Origin: Felis catus
Taxonomy: Eukaryota
NCBI RefSeq assembly: GCF_018350175.1
Contig: NC_058368.1
Span: 177,508,001 to 177,572,000 of the forward strand
Direction: 5' to 3'
Length of the DNA stretch: 64,000 nt
Shown: positions 12,514 to 24,721 of the stretch, in pieces
How positions within the stretch are numbered: the first letter of the stretch is position 1
Layout: every line of letters begins with the position of its first letter
Made by a program: the position numbers and the translations under genes
Notes under the pieces: generated by a model
Told to the model about the DNA's origin: nothing
The model's input: only the letters and a program-made list of their open reading frames with translations
Databases searched by the model: none

Positions 12514-12984
12514 GAAACACAGAGAAGGAGAGTTTAAAAATGGTGCGTGGTCCAGAGGTCAGGTCTCAGGAGGGAAGTGGAAGGGTGAGGATGGGTCAAG
12601 ATCAAGGTCCTCGAAGTGAAACATGCCTCATGAATCCACTGAGTGCCTGTCCTTACCCAGCCCCCTCTCTTCACCCCCAGCTACATCTTGCTCTCTGCCT
12701 TGAAATTACCTAATTCTCCAGCCCTTCCTCTGCATCCTCCAAAGCCCCTGGGTAGGGTGTTGGAAGGACACAACACCCACTGGCCCCTGTGCTGTCCAGT
12801 GCTGGCTCCAGCAGAGAGACAGGTGAACAGGTAGTGACACCCCCGTGGAGAGTGGTGGTCCGTGCAGGGGTCTAGAAGAATGGAGGGGAGGGGCTCTGAA
12901 GCCATTCAGCCAAGGCTTGCAGGGCTCTACAAGCCCATCTGTGATGGGGAGTGGGGGGTGTTAGGGATGATGGACTTCAAGGCC

Positions 12985-13450
12985 TTCAGCATGGCGTCGT
13001 GGCTAAGACAGAGTATGCCTCGGGCATCAAGTTCTGCCCCATCCTGTGTTAGTGTGAGATTTTGACTAAGTCACCTCTTTCTTTTTTTTTTTTAAGTTTT
13101 TTCTGTATTTATTTTGAGAGAGAGAGAGCGTGCATGCAAGCAAGCAGGAGAGGGACAGAGAGAGAAAGAATGGGAATCCCAAGCAGGCTCTACGCTGTCA
13201 GCGCAAAGCTGGCTGCGGGGCTCGATTCCACGAACTGTGAGATCGTGACCTGAGCTGAAATCAAGAGTCAGACGCTTACCCGACTCAGCCACCCAACCGC
13301 CCCTTGATGGAGTCCCCTCTCGAGCCGAGGCCTACATCTGAATGATATGGATAATAACGATTCCTGTAATGCAGCGATGTTCAGAGAACCAAAAGAGCTC
13401 AGCCCAGTGCCCGGCATGAGAAAGCCAGCAGTAAATAATAGCTATAATTA
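12985..13450 (+). mobile_element. MIR split by a CAN-SINE
   Basis: cagcatggcgtcgtggctaagacagag...tgtgagattttgactaagtcacctct [SINE] ...catctgaatgatatggataataa...cagtgcccggcatgagaaagcc. Confidence 0.6.
13078..13303 (-). mobile_element. Older CAN-SINE (gactcttgatttcagctcagg variant)
   Basis: Reverse head gagctgaaatcaagagtcagacgcttacccgactcagccacccaaccgcccc. Confidence 0.93.
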
Positions 13451-13454
13451 ATAT

Positions 13455-13580
13455 TTTCCGAACAAAAAGTAGAGGCCCAGAGAGAATGAAGACCCCCTCC
13501 AGGGTCACACAACAAGTTGGTGACAACACTGGGACCAGAACCCAGGTCTGCAGACACGTAGTGTGGTGCTCTTTCTACTG
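13455..13580 (-). mobile_element. MIR fragment
   Basis: agaggcccagagag...ccagggtcacacaacaagttggtg...gggaccagaacccaggtctg. Confidence 0.6.
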
Positions 13581-15644
13581 TTAGCCTCTGGTTTAGGACG
13601 CCTTTGGAGCCTTTATGTCTGTCATCTCCCATCCTGGGGGAACTGACGGGGCAAGTCTTTTGAGGCCCCCTCATTCGTCTTTCCTTGGCACTTGTCTGAT
13701 TTCCCATGCTGCCCCCTCCCCTCTTTAGATAAAGCTCTGCTCTGATGTCAAGCGGGGGCCTTTTATGTGAAGGGGTGGGGAGAGGGAGGGGGTCATGAGT
13801 GTGTACGGGTGTATGTTGAAGGGGTGTCATAGACCTGACTCCAGAGGTTCAGGAGAGGACCTGACAGCCATATTCATGGAGATCCTGTACACTGAACTGT
13901 GGAGTGGTGAGACCCAGCTACCTGGCCCAGGTAAAATCATTTACTCAGAGTGGCAGCCTGGGCCCAGACAACGGACCAGGCTGTGAGTTGAAGCTGAACA
14001 TGATCAGGTCAGCTGGTTTCCCGGGCTGGAGCAGGCAGCTAGGGCCAAAATTTCCACCAACAGAAGGAACTAAGCCCTCACGTCCTGATACGTGACTGCC
14101 TGCTTGTCAATTCCATCTTAGTTTGTTAGTCCCACCATGCTCCAGGCCCCTAGCGAGGCTTCTGGCAAATCAGAGGCCACTGAGCATATGTCGACCTCTG
14201 TGCAGGGTCCCGGGGATTTGTGCAGGAATTGTTCACGGAGCACCTACTCTGTGCTAAATTCTGGGGAGAGAGCCTAGGATACACAGGCAGGAGTCCGCCA
14301 CTGTGCTACATAACGGCCACACAGAGATACAGGAATCTGCGAGAGCCTGGCCTGGCCTGCACGGAACACTCAGCCTGATGTGGGTGGGTGTCGGGGTGGG
14401 GCAGGGGCGGGGGCGGGGGGCAGACAGAAACAAAGAAAATTATTGCACTGATTCAAGAGAGTGAAGACACCCAAGAAGGCAGTCCGCTCTGCCTGAGGGG
14501 TCCGGGAAACATCGCCGTGGGCGTGCCCATGAGTCAAGTTTTGGAAGAGAAGACTGCTGTTTGAGGCAGTGGGAACAGCATGCAGAAAGACGGGAGGTAT
14601 AAAGGAATGGCAGCGCGGCTCGCTTGGGGAGATACAAGGAGTTCCATGTGGAAAAGCAAGGACGGCAAGGTAGGAAGGGTAACTTTAATCCAGGTGACCT
14701 GCGGAGGAGCCTGAGGGGAGGCCGGGGTGGAGGGGGGTGGGGGTGGGGGAGGGGTGCTAACTGAGAGGCCAGGGGATTACTGCCCCTTCAGAACCTGATG
14801 TTGCTGGAGCCTGCCCATGTCTCCCACCCACCCTGGAGCCTCAGAGAGCCCGGGCTGGGCCCCCTGCCCTGCAACCATCCCCCTCGGGCTGTCACCAGCT
14901 CTCAGCCTCTCCCTGCTGCTCCAACATTTTCCTCTTGTGATGGATGGAAATTTCCCTGCTTGGGTCAAGTCAAATTTCTCCTGATTTGTTGTTTTACACA
15001 CACTGAGGCCGGAGGCGGATCCTGCATGATTCATAAAGAAAAACGCGCTGTCTGTGAAGGAGAGTAATTTATAGGTGACGTTTCCCCAGCCTCCAGAGAT
15101 GAAACTTGCTAGGGAGGAAGAGGAGGAGGACAAAGGACCTTCGTCCACTGTGAGTGGCCGGTGTGCCTTCTGAAACCCCCAGCTGGCCCCTCCAGTGGTG
15201 GCATGGGTCTGTCAGTGGGTTTTGCTGAAGCTCCGGCTCTCCCTGGTCATCAGGCCCAGAGCCAGGCCTGGGAGCCCAGGAGACAAGAGGGGCCCGAGGC
15301 CCCCAGCGTCCTTCCCTGCTCTCTCAGCCCCTCCTTCCCCCTCCCCCCACCCCTTCCATGTATGAAAATAAATGAAGTCAGGTTTCCCAGCACTTCTGAT
15401 CTGGAAGGGTGGAGGGGATGGGGCAGGCAGCCAACTGACACCCATGTACGACCCAAGCCATACATCATGAGGGTCATGAGGCTGCTATGGACACAGACGC
15501 TGGGGACGGATCTGATCAGTGGCCCCCAAGTCTCTAGGGTTGGACAGAACTTTACTTGGGATGGGGTCCGCCGGGGGAGGGGAATGAACTTTACAATCAG
15601 AGGAGAAAAAGACCATACAGACCACGAAAGAAAGGAACGTTGCG

Positions 15645-15810
15645 CTTCCTCTGTTCCGGCACCGTGCCGCGCGCTTCACATATCAAACCTCATCTCTAAC
15701 CCAGTGAGGCAGCAATAACAACCCTGGTTTCACAGTTGAGGAAACTGAGGCTCAGCGGGAAAAGCAAGTGGCATCCCGAGCTCTGGGTTTGACCACAGGC
15801 CCAGAAAGTG
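15645..15810 (-). mobile_element. MIR fragment
   Basis: tttcacagttgaggaaactgaggctcag is the reverse MIR core. Confidence 0.65.
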
Positions 15811-16229
15811 CCCACAGCAGAACATAGATGCCCCGCATGCCGGGAGAGGGGAGAAAGCAGGCAGAGGCAGGAACCCAGAGTGGGTTGAGGTGCATCTGAG
15901 GATGGTGGGGTGTGAATGGAGCACTGGGTGAGAATGAGCCAAACAAGGCAGCCGTCTGCTGGGTCTCATGTCTACATCTGCAAGGTGAGAGGTGAGCCTG
16001 GTTGTTTAATAAGCAGCCTCAGGAGGGTGGTTTCCAGCTGTCCTCACCCTGTGTTCTGCCATACCTTCTTTCCCACCATTAAAGCACACCTCCTGAAGCT
16101 GGTCCCCCAAATCACATGAGCCCCATCCCCAACTCCGATAGATTGCTCCTTCAGTCCACCATCCTGCAGGGCCTCAGAGGCTCCACCAGCCTCCCTCTGA
16201 AGCCCATGCTCTTTTCCACGCCAGGCTTA

Positions 16230-16520
16230 TACTTATTCACTCACTCATTATTCACGGTGTGCCTTGCCCTGGGCTGGGCTTTCAGAGCTGCATTGCCGTG
16301 GTCCCTGCCTCCAGAGGCTTGCTGTCTAGAAAGAGATATACAAGGTGGCCTGCCCCCAGGTAGATGAGCACAAGACTTAGCAAGTTCCAAGGAGCTGGGC
16401 CAACTCTACGCAGACTAGTCAGGGAAGGCTGGAACTGGGCTTTGAAGAGTGAGTAAGAGTTTGCCAGACTAAAAACTAGAAGGGTATTCTAGGTAGCAGA
16501 ACAGCATGTGCAAAGCAGAA
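16230..16520 (-). mobile_element. L2 fragment
   Basis: ttattcactcactcattattcac...gtcagggaaggct...attctaggtagcagaacagcatgtgcaaag. Confidence 0.55.
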
Positions 16521-17159
16521 ATACAAGTAGCTGTCCCTTCTCACCATCCTATATATCCCCCAAGCCTGGAGCCCACTCTCTGCGATTCTGACCCACCGTC
16601 TTCTCTCTTACTTCTCTGGGTCCTTCTCTGCTATAGGACCTGAAGCTCCCGCCAAGATGCAGCCAGGGCCACAGCCCTCTCCAGGCTTCCCCATGATGTC
16701 CCCTGGTAAATATGCTCAGGGACACATGGGTGAACCATAAATTAAGCCTTCTGGGGATGGATTCTGCTGAATAAAAAGCACATTCAGTAGCGAGAATATT
16801 TGTTTTTGTTTTCCTTCTCCGAGTAAATGGAAACATGCACTGACCTCACTTTTCTCACAAGTACAGTAGCTTTCCTGAGCGGCCGTCAGGCCTGGGATGC
16901 CAGGAAAAAGTGGTGGAACATTCAGAATCAGGAACAAGGGCCCCAGTGGCAGCTGTGGCCGGCCAGTGGAATACAGCTGTCAGGCCGCTGACATGAGTTT
17001 CCGAGGGGTGGGGAGGATCCGGCCTGGGCCTCCCAGGGGGCCCTGAGCATTGCCAGGATGGGACTTCGAGACCGCTGTCCTTACAGTTCATTTTCTGACA
17101 CTGCAGACAGAGGGTCCCGAGCAGCAGGCTGGGAGGAGAGCCACTAGAGGGGCCTTGGC

Positions 17160-17310
17160 ATGAGTCAGATCTGGTTTTCCATCCCGGCTGCCACTTTCTG
17201 GCTCTGTGACCTCAGCTAGCCATTCCAACTTTCTAAGCCTCAGTTTCTTCATCTTCAAAGTGGAGGTAATTATACCAACCTCCTAGGGTTGTAAGAGTTT
17301 AAATATGGGA
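17160..17310 (+). mobile_element. MIR
   Basis: gagtcagatctggttttccatcccggctgccact...tgtgacctcag...aagcctcagtttcttcatct. Confidence 0.75.
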
Positions 17311-17504
17311 AAATACCAAGAAATACTAGTCCCCAGTCCCTTCCTGCCCTTCTCCTGACATATCCGACTCAAGCCCTGCTCCTTCTGTAGTGCCCTTCAG
17401 ACCCAGTGACCTCTCCCACCTGGAATCTAATATTCTTTTCTACTTACACCGCCTCATGATGATGGGCATCTTTCTATAAGAGCAAGACATCTATCCACCT
17501 AACT

Positions 17505-17596
17505 GGCCAGCCACCCAACCACCCACTCATCCATCCATCTCTCCATCCATTCATCCATCCATCCGTCCGTCCATCCGTCCATCCCTCCGTCTGTCT
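17505..17596 (+). repeat. Degenerate (CCAT/CCGT)n tetranucleotide repeat
   Basis: catccatccatc...ccatccatccgtccgtccatccgtccatcc. Confidence 0.85.
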
Positions 17597-17787
17597 ATGC
17601 ACACAGTTACTTATTTAGTCAGTGATTATTTTGAGCAGCCAGATACTGTCCCGCTGTTGGGAAGGTGTGTTGTTTTCCGTGATCTGATCTTCATCAGATA
17701 TGGACACAGTGCATACTGCCCCCTAGAGACGGGATGGGATTGTCCTCAGTTCCCTCTGCAGCCAGCACGGGGGCTTGGCACACAACA

Positions 17788-18260
17788 CTCATTTGGTCGC
17801 AAGAAAATCCAGGCAAGCTAGCTTAAGAAAAGCTGAATCTAATGATTCACGGAGCTGGCAGGCACAGGTATAGGTCTTGCTGGCTTCAGATACAGCTGGA
17901 TCCTCAAGTGATATTTTCAAGACCTCGTCTCTGTTATCAGTGCTTCCCTCCTTCACATAGTAACACGGCTGGCAGCTGCAGCAGCCCCAAGCCCCATATC
18001 CATTCAGGTTCAAGTACAGCAGGAAAGATTAAAAGTCACTTCTCCAGAAACTACCCCCAGACCATATGGACCGAGAGCTGGGAAGAGGTGGGACCCTGGG
18101 GTAAGCAGGGAGAGGGACTGGATGCTAGAAAGGAAAACACCAAAAGCCCAAGGCACCTCCATCACATAGGCAGCGGGGATCCTGAGCGAACCAGAGAGCT
18201 CTGTATGGGCCGGCCAGTGGTGCCTCCCCTGGCTAATGAAACACAGATGATCTCCGACAG
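17788..18260 (-). mobile_element. MaLR MLT1 (J/K-like) solo LTR
   Basis: ttggtcgcaagaaaatccaggcaagctagcttaag...ggcttcagatacagctggatcc, the reverse MLT1 3' end. Confidence 0.6.
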
Positions 18261-18274
18261 TGGAACCTGCTAGG

Positions 18275-18500
18275 GTGACAATAAAACAAGGCAGTGCAGT
18301 CCGAGTAACTGGGGGTGAGGTTATTTTAAATAAAGGGTCAGGGACAGCCTCTCTGAGGAGGTGAGACACTGAGGTGAGTGGTTGGAAGGCCCAGATCAGG
18401 GAGGGCCTTGTAGGTTATGGTGAGGAGTTTGTATTTCATCTTCCTAGCAATAGGCTGTTGGTGTACAGTTTTAATCATGGAAGGAGATTCTCTGATTGGC
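18275..18500 (-). mobile_element. L2 fragment
   Basis: gggtcagggacagcctctctgaggaggtgagac...gagggccttgtaggttatggtgaggagtttgtatt. Confidence 0.7.
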
Positions 18501-18525
18501 TTTAACTCTTTTTAGGATCCTTTTT

Positions 18526-18527
<2 letters not shown>

Positions 18528-18557
<30 letters not shown>
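18528..18557 (+). repeat. (AAC)10 microsatellite
   Basis: Perfect aac run. Confidence 0.95.
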
Positions 18558-18945
18558 TTTTTATTGAGGTAATGTAGGGCAGAAAAACACATTCATCCCA
18601 GGAGTACAGCTCAGGGTCTCTTCCTGATGTAGACACCCATATAACTCCCACCCAGATCAAGAGGTAGAACACGGAAGCAGCCAGAAGGCCCCCTTGTGCC
18701 CCTTCCAAGCCGATCTCCCCTCCAGGAGGTGAACACTATCCTGTCTTGAATCATCATAGTGCGATTTTGCCCGTTTGAACTTTATATAAATGGATTGTGC
18801 CCTATGTGTTCTTCTGTGCCTGGTTTGTTTTGCCCAACATTCTGTGTGCATGATCCGTCTGTGTGGCGTAACTCATCCGTGTTAATTGCTGTGTATTATT
18901 CCATTTTTTTCCACTCTCCCAAAGCTGGGAGGTGGTTGTGCTTTG
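18558..18945 (-). mobile_element. L1ME-type 3' end
   Basis: tttttattgaggtaat...cacccagatcaagaggtagaaca...ttttgcccgtttgaactttatataaatgga. Confidence 0.8.
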
Positions 18946-19945
18946 CCTGTGCTCTAATCGCCAGAGGTGGATACCGAATGCACTGTCCCTCGACTACCTG
19001 GGACCATCCTCGGTTTCCTATTCAGCCAGCGCTGGGCTTGGCACAGGACAGAACAAACACCTTTTCGGCTGAGTGGGGTTGAGCTGAGAATTCCCTCAGG
19101 ATAGGACAGGTGATCTCGCCTAGAAGCTCCTCGATTCCTCCTCTCCAGGCCTGACATCTCCCAGGCTCCAGCCGTCCCTCCGACGCCCCTCCCTCCTAAC
19201 CGAATTCAGGTGCTCGCACTTGGCTGGGCAGGGGTTCTGTTGGTTGCCGAGCCCAGGGTCCCCGGTGGCCAGTGTGAGGGACGTCGCGGGAAATGAGAGG
19301 CGCTGCGGCCAGCCGCCAGGCAGTGACTCTACACCCAAAAAATGTGCTCTTGGCCAGGCTCTCCTTCCTCTCTCTTCTCGGCCCTTCCAGACAACAAGGA
19401 GTTGGCAGGCCCGGGTGCAGATAACGGTGAGAGCCCCAGGCCCTCTTCTGTCATCGCCTCCCCAACGTGAAACCCAAGATCTTGTTTATTTATGAGGAAA
19501 TTCTGTTCTGCTGCTCGACAAATGGCGTATTGGGGCCAGGGCACATGGAGCGTGGAGCCGGCCCAGCCAGGCCTCAGCATGCTGCGCCTCTCTGCTGATG
19601 CAAGCTCAGAAAGTGCTGGCAACGGCTAGAGGGCCCGGCCGCTCGACACTCCCCAGATGGGGGTAGGGGTGGGGGTGGTGCAGGGAGCCGTCCTCCGTTC
19701 CCCTTGAACAGCCAAAAGCCCCGCTACTTCCCCATAGAGCTATCAGCAGACTGGTCAGGAGACCACAGACAGTAACAGCCCGATGACCAGTCCAAGGAAC
19801 CCACCTCAGGTCCAGCACCAATCCTTCTGTGGGACCCACTTCCTGCCTATCTTCCTGGGAGGGTGAAAGGAGATTCACCCTAGCAAAAGGACAAAGACTT
19901 TAGCTTCAGAACAACAAACAACAGCATTCTTTTTTCCCTTACAAG

Positions 19946-20179
19946 TTTCTTTTATTTTTAAAAAATTTTTAATGTTTATTTTTGAGAGAGAGACAGAGAC
20001 AGACAGACAGAATGCAAACAGGGGAGGGGCAGAAAGAGAGGGAGACACAGAATCCAAAGCAGGCTCCAAGCTCTGAGCTGTTAGCACAGAGCCCAGTGCG
20101 GGGCTCGAACCCACGAACTGTGAGATCATGACCTGAGCCGGAGTCAGATGCTTAACCGACTGAGCCACCAAGGTGCCCC
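19946..20179 (-). mobile_element. Felid CAN-SINE
   Basis: Reverse full-length element ending cttaaccgactgagccaccaaggtgcccc. Confidence 0.96.
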
Positions 20180-20274
20180 AAAATGTACTCACACCAAATC
20201 TTCCGGGACTCATCCCTGTCCTCCCTAACCTACATGAACTCTTACACCTCTAATTTCTCTAATGCCAGACTGCT

Positions 20275-20790
20275 TTATTTCTATTATGAAATAGTTCAGA
20301 CATAACTTAAAAGGATAGAAAACCATGTGACACTCATCCATTTACCACTGAGATTTCATGGATGCTTTTGTCATATTTGCTTCAGATCTCTTTACAGGGC
20401 CCTGTCCCCTCCCTCCCACTAACTTGAAGATGACGTATAACAATTTCCGTGCAACTTTAATACCTTTTCTACATGCGGATGTATGCGCCACTCTACATGA
20501 CATTATTTTGTGTTTTTAGAATTTATCTAAATAATATCATGTAATGGATACCTTTCTGCACTTTGCTTTGTGGAGATTTATACGTATCAAGACACGTAGA
20601 TGTCTCTCATTAGTTTAAGCTGCCTTACAGTGCTCCCTGTATAAATATATAACAGCTTGTTTACCCATTTTCCCATCGATGGAAAACTGTTTCTACTTTT
20701 TTGTTGCAATCACAAACAGCGCTTCAAAAACCATCTTTGCCTATTTCCTTGCACACTCAATCAAGCTAGTATTTCTCTGGAAGTGGAATT
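20275..20790 (-). mobile_element. L1ME-type 3' fragment
   Basis: ttattttgtgtttttagaatttatctaaataatatcat...ttttttgttgcaatcacaaacagcgct. Confidence 0.6.
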
Positions 20791-21127
20791 TCCCAGTTGG
20801 GCTGGCTTTAACACCTAGCTGGTATCTATCATCTGCTTTCTACTTTCCTCTCCAAAGATGCAGTTAAACAGGACTTCTTAATAGGACTTGAGTCAAGGCT
20901 TGAAGAGAGAGAAGTTGCGTTGCTATGAAGGAAAGCGATAGCATTCTAGAAAAAAGAAGCTGCAGAGACTGGAAGTCACAGGGTGTTGCACCTTACCACA
21001 CTCTTTACTGTTAATTAATCCTGGGGCCCACGTATGCATCTGTTATTATAGCCGAGGACCTGGGGGAGCAGGTGTATTCGGTTGGCCCTATATTAATTCT
21101 TGTACCAACTCCCATTTCAGAGCTGAC

Positions 21128-21320
21128 AGTGGTGGTTTCCAAGCCTGGCTGTGCATCATAATCGCTCAGAGGACTTTAAAAACACACAGATTCCTGAGCC
21201 CACACCTGGAGATTCGGGTTCAGTGGTCTGGAACTGAGCCTGGGAATCTGTGCTTCTTAAAAACCCTCCCAGGTGATTCTGCTGCAGCCGGTCTCTGGCC
21301 CCGGCACCGGGGAAGCAGTT
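21128..21320. mobile_element. MER5-like hAT-Charlie MITE
   Basis: cagtggtggtttccaagcctggctgtgcatcataatc...gattcctgagcccacacctggagattc...cctgggaatctgtg...ctcccaggtgattctg. Confidence 0.8.
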
Positions 21321-21699
21321 ATCTAAACTGCTAGGGATGCCTGTTGGTATGGCTGTTGGGGGGGATGCAGCCTCTGGTTATGCGCTCAGCTAACCTTGCC
21401 CCCTTGTCCCATCACCGCATAACTGTGCATCTGTGAGTACGGTGGGCACGGCCAGGTCAGATTGCCTTCAAACCCCTCAGCGACTCTTGCTTCCTGTATT
21501 GCGGGAAACTAACAGAGCCACAGAGGGACTAGATTGTATCTCCCTGACTAAATGTAGTGAACTCTTGCCTTGTGTTTCTCCCTGTTTCCATGGGACAGGC
21601 TGGACAAGGGAGCTTGGCCGGGCCGTGTGAGAGCCAGTCTATGCCACTGCCCATAAAGAGTGATAAAAACAATACCAACACAAACAACAGTCTCGGTGA

Positions 21700-21810
21700 G
21701 AAGGGAATTATGATCCCTATTTTACAGACAAGGAAACTGAGGCACAGCTGGGAAGTGGGGGAACCAGGCAAACTGGCTTCAGCATCCGTGGTCAGAATGA
21801 TTCTGCTAGA
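21700..21810 (-). mobile_element. MIR core
   Basis: tccctattttacagacaaggaaactgaggcacag. Confidence 0.7.
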
Positions 21811-22849
21811 TGCTGCCGTCTCCTCACTCTGGTAGGAGAGGTCTCCTAGGAGCACATATCTGGTCTCCCCCACTGCATGCGGGGTGATGTGGGGAGTCGC
21901 CCATCTGTAATGCAACTTTTCTTATCTCAGTTTGCATTGAAAATAATTTGTAGCTGTTCACTTGTGAATGGTAATACAGCAACTGCCATTGCCTGATCCC
22001 TTACTATGACTACGTGCCAGCCTCACAAAGGGACAGGTTACATGGGTCATCACAGGCAACCCGACCACCATGGCCCAGCAGACACACAGACACAGCACTG
22101 CACAGGGCATCCGAACACTCTTCCTGCGAGAAAACAGCCACAGAGAGGTGGAGTGCCTTGGCCTACAGTCACATGGCCACTCCACTGAGCTTGGAGAGCT
22201 TCTCACCCTGGGGCCTGTTCTTTCCACCACTTCATGCGTCTTCTAGCTCCTTCTTCAGAGTGAGGTCAATGCATATAATAGCAATAAATGGCAATAAAAA
22301 GTCAGCAACAATACACCCCCTCCCTAGAGGGAGGGGAGTCCTTCTCCAGGACTGGAACAATGACCAGTTTCTTGGGACTCTCCTTCCAAGAGCAGAAGGA
22401 GCCAGGATGTCTTGACTGTGCCTTTAACTGTCTCATCTCACCCTGGGTGGATCACTGCAATGCTTCCTCCCTGCCCACTGCCCACACCAAGCTTATGCTG
22501 ACAGATCTGTTCTCCAGTCAATACCAGAGCCAACTTCCACATGTTAATCTGATGTTGTCACTCCCCTTCTCAGTGAACCTCCGGGACTCCCGACCACCAT
22601 TTCCCTTTCTATGTGAGAAAGCTCAGAGTGTCAGCTTTCCCCACATCCCATATTGCTGAGTTATCCATGAGGCTCGTTCCTTCACAACACTGAGTCCCTC
22701 TAGGAGCTGGGAGTAAAGAGACAAATAAAATCAAGAAAGATAAATACTGGGCCTGGGGGGTGACCCTTCCCCAACTAGGTACCTGAGGTAGGCATTGCTA
22801 TCTGATCGCAGCATTCTGTGGCCTCAGCGCCCGTGGAGATCGGCTCTCC

Positions 22850-23575
22850 CTCCCATACTTAATGGCAAGTGGCTATTAAGCACTTCGAGTGTTGAGAGCA
22901 CCGCTAAAAACCCGAATTTTTAATATTGTAGTTACTTTGCATCCAGCAACAGGTCAAGATGCATCTAGCATCTAGAAGGCAAAGTTTTCTAGTCATTAGA
23001 AAACTTTAGGTATGGGGGCACCTGGGTGGCTCAGTTGGTTGAGCGTCCAGCTTCGGCTCAGGTCATGATCTCACCGTTGGTGAGTTTTAACCCCGCGTCA
23101 GGCTCTGTGCTGACAGCTCAGAGCTGGAGCCTGCTTCGGATTCTGCGTCTCCCTCTGTCTCTGCTTCTCCCCTGCTCACAGTCTGTCTCTCTCTGTCTCT
23201 CAAAATAAATAAACATTTAAAAAACTTGAAGAAAACTTTATGTATGTTTGAAACAACTTGGGAGTGCCAATCTGCTTCTTTGACTACAAATTTTATGAAA
23301 TTTAAAGAAACAGCGAGTATTTCTGATGAAAACACCGTCTGAACTGAGATGTAAGTATCATCCTCACCTGGGATTTTGAAGACCTGGTCCAAAAAAATAT
23401 AACATAAAATATCTCACTAATAGTTTTTTATTTATTGTATGTATATAGAAATAATTGAATATATTAGGTTACATAAATATATTATTGAAATTATTTCCAC
23501 CTGTCTACTTATCTTTTGAATGTAGCAACTGGAAACTGTTGTGTCTCCCAGTACAATTATATTGGGATACCCTGC
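22850..23575. mobile_element. hAT-Charlie relic (MER33/Charlie1-like), interrupted by a SINE
   Basis: gtggctattaagcactt...tttgaaacaacttggg...aattttatgaaatttaaa...gaactgagatgt...ttttgaagacctggtccaaaaaa...aatatctcactaata. Confidence 0.7.
23014..23229 (+). mobile_element. Felid CAN-SINE
   Basis: Full element; TSD agaaaacttta(g/t)gtatg. Confidence 0.96.
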
Positions 23576-23982
23576 TCTCAGCAGAGCACTTTAGGCACCC
23601 ATGACCTGCCCACCAGAGCTGGCACATGGAGGTAAGATCTATTTGCCATCCCTGGTTAAGAGATAGTCTCTCCTTAGTGGAACTCACAGGGCAGTCAGAG
23701 AACTGGCCATCATAATGGGGGAGAGCCTCAGTAGAGAGGGTGCTCAGAATGCTGGATCAGTTGGTTCTGCCGGTCAGGAAGTGTAGGGGGGATCTTTTAG
23801 GAGGTGGCTTTTGAATGGATGCCAGAGCTGGGGAACAGATTTCTAGGCCAAAAGAAAAGTAGGAAGAGAAGCACAAAGGTGTGAGAGTCCACAGAAGGTG
23901 GCTGAATTCGGGGAGGGGTGGGGGGGCAATTGCATGTGGCTGCAGCTTTGGGTTCATGGGAGCATTATTTAAAGATGCTTGA

Positions 23983-24170
23983 GGGGCGCCTGGGTGGCTC
24001 AGCTGGTTAAGTGTCCGACTTCGGCTCATGTCATGATCTCACGTCGTCAGGCTCTGTGCTGACAGCTCGGAGCCTGGAGTCTGCCTCAGATTCTGTGTCT
24101 CCCTTTCTCTCTGTGTCCCTTCCCCACTTGTGCTCTCTCTCAAAAATAAATAAATAAACATTAAAAAAAT
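23983..24170 (+). mobile_element. Felid CAN-SINE lacking the B-box segment
   Basis: ggggcgcctgggtggctcagctgg head; gatctcacgtcgtcaggctct shows loss of the gagttcgagccc segment. Confidence 0.93.
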
Positions 24171-24364
24171 AATGTTGAGCTTCTAATGTTAATGCTTGAG
24201 CTCTGTTCCTAGGTACTGAGAGGCAAAAAGGAAGAACCCAGCTCAGGCCCAATGCCCATGGTTGACACTGCAAGGATCCCGTCCCCCCCTTCCCCTACTC
24301 ATCCTTGAGGCTATGAGGACACACTTAAGAAGCTCAGGTTTAGTCCGAATTCCTGAAGGCTCAG

Positions 24365-24470
24365 GACTGTAATGAAAAGAGCCGCTGGCTTTGAGCCAGA
24401 CCTGGGTTCGAATCCTGACTCAAGGACTAGTTCCCTGTGTGATCTTAGCCAAGCCACACTCCACCCTATA
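24365..24470 (+). mobile_element. MIR 5' part
   Basis: ggctttgagccagacctgggttcgaatcctgactc...tgtgtgatcttagccaag. Confidence 0.75.
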
Positions 24471-24721
24471 AAGGGTCTTACACCCCCAACCCAAACACAA
24501 ACACACCCACATACACATACCTGGGGAGGGAGCAGGGCTGTCACGAGGAAACACCTCCGAGAGCAATTCACATATCAGGTAAAAATCCTACACACAGAGA
24601 TATGAACATGAAAGTATTTCTTGTGTTGGCATCATCCACCAGCATGGCATCTGGAATGCCAAGGAAAACCATTGCCAGGAGGGCTATGGGAGTCCTAGCT
24701 TGACCTTGAGGATTTGAAAGT

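Noticed and set aside
15161..15718. 185-aa plus-strand ORF
   Set aside because: GTG start, GC-rich with few stops, runs into a MIR; no recognisable family.
17141..17154. CTCF-like ccactagaggggcc
   Set aside because: Mismatch at a strongly conserved C of the core motif.
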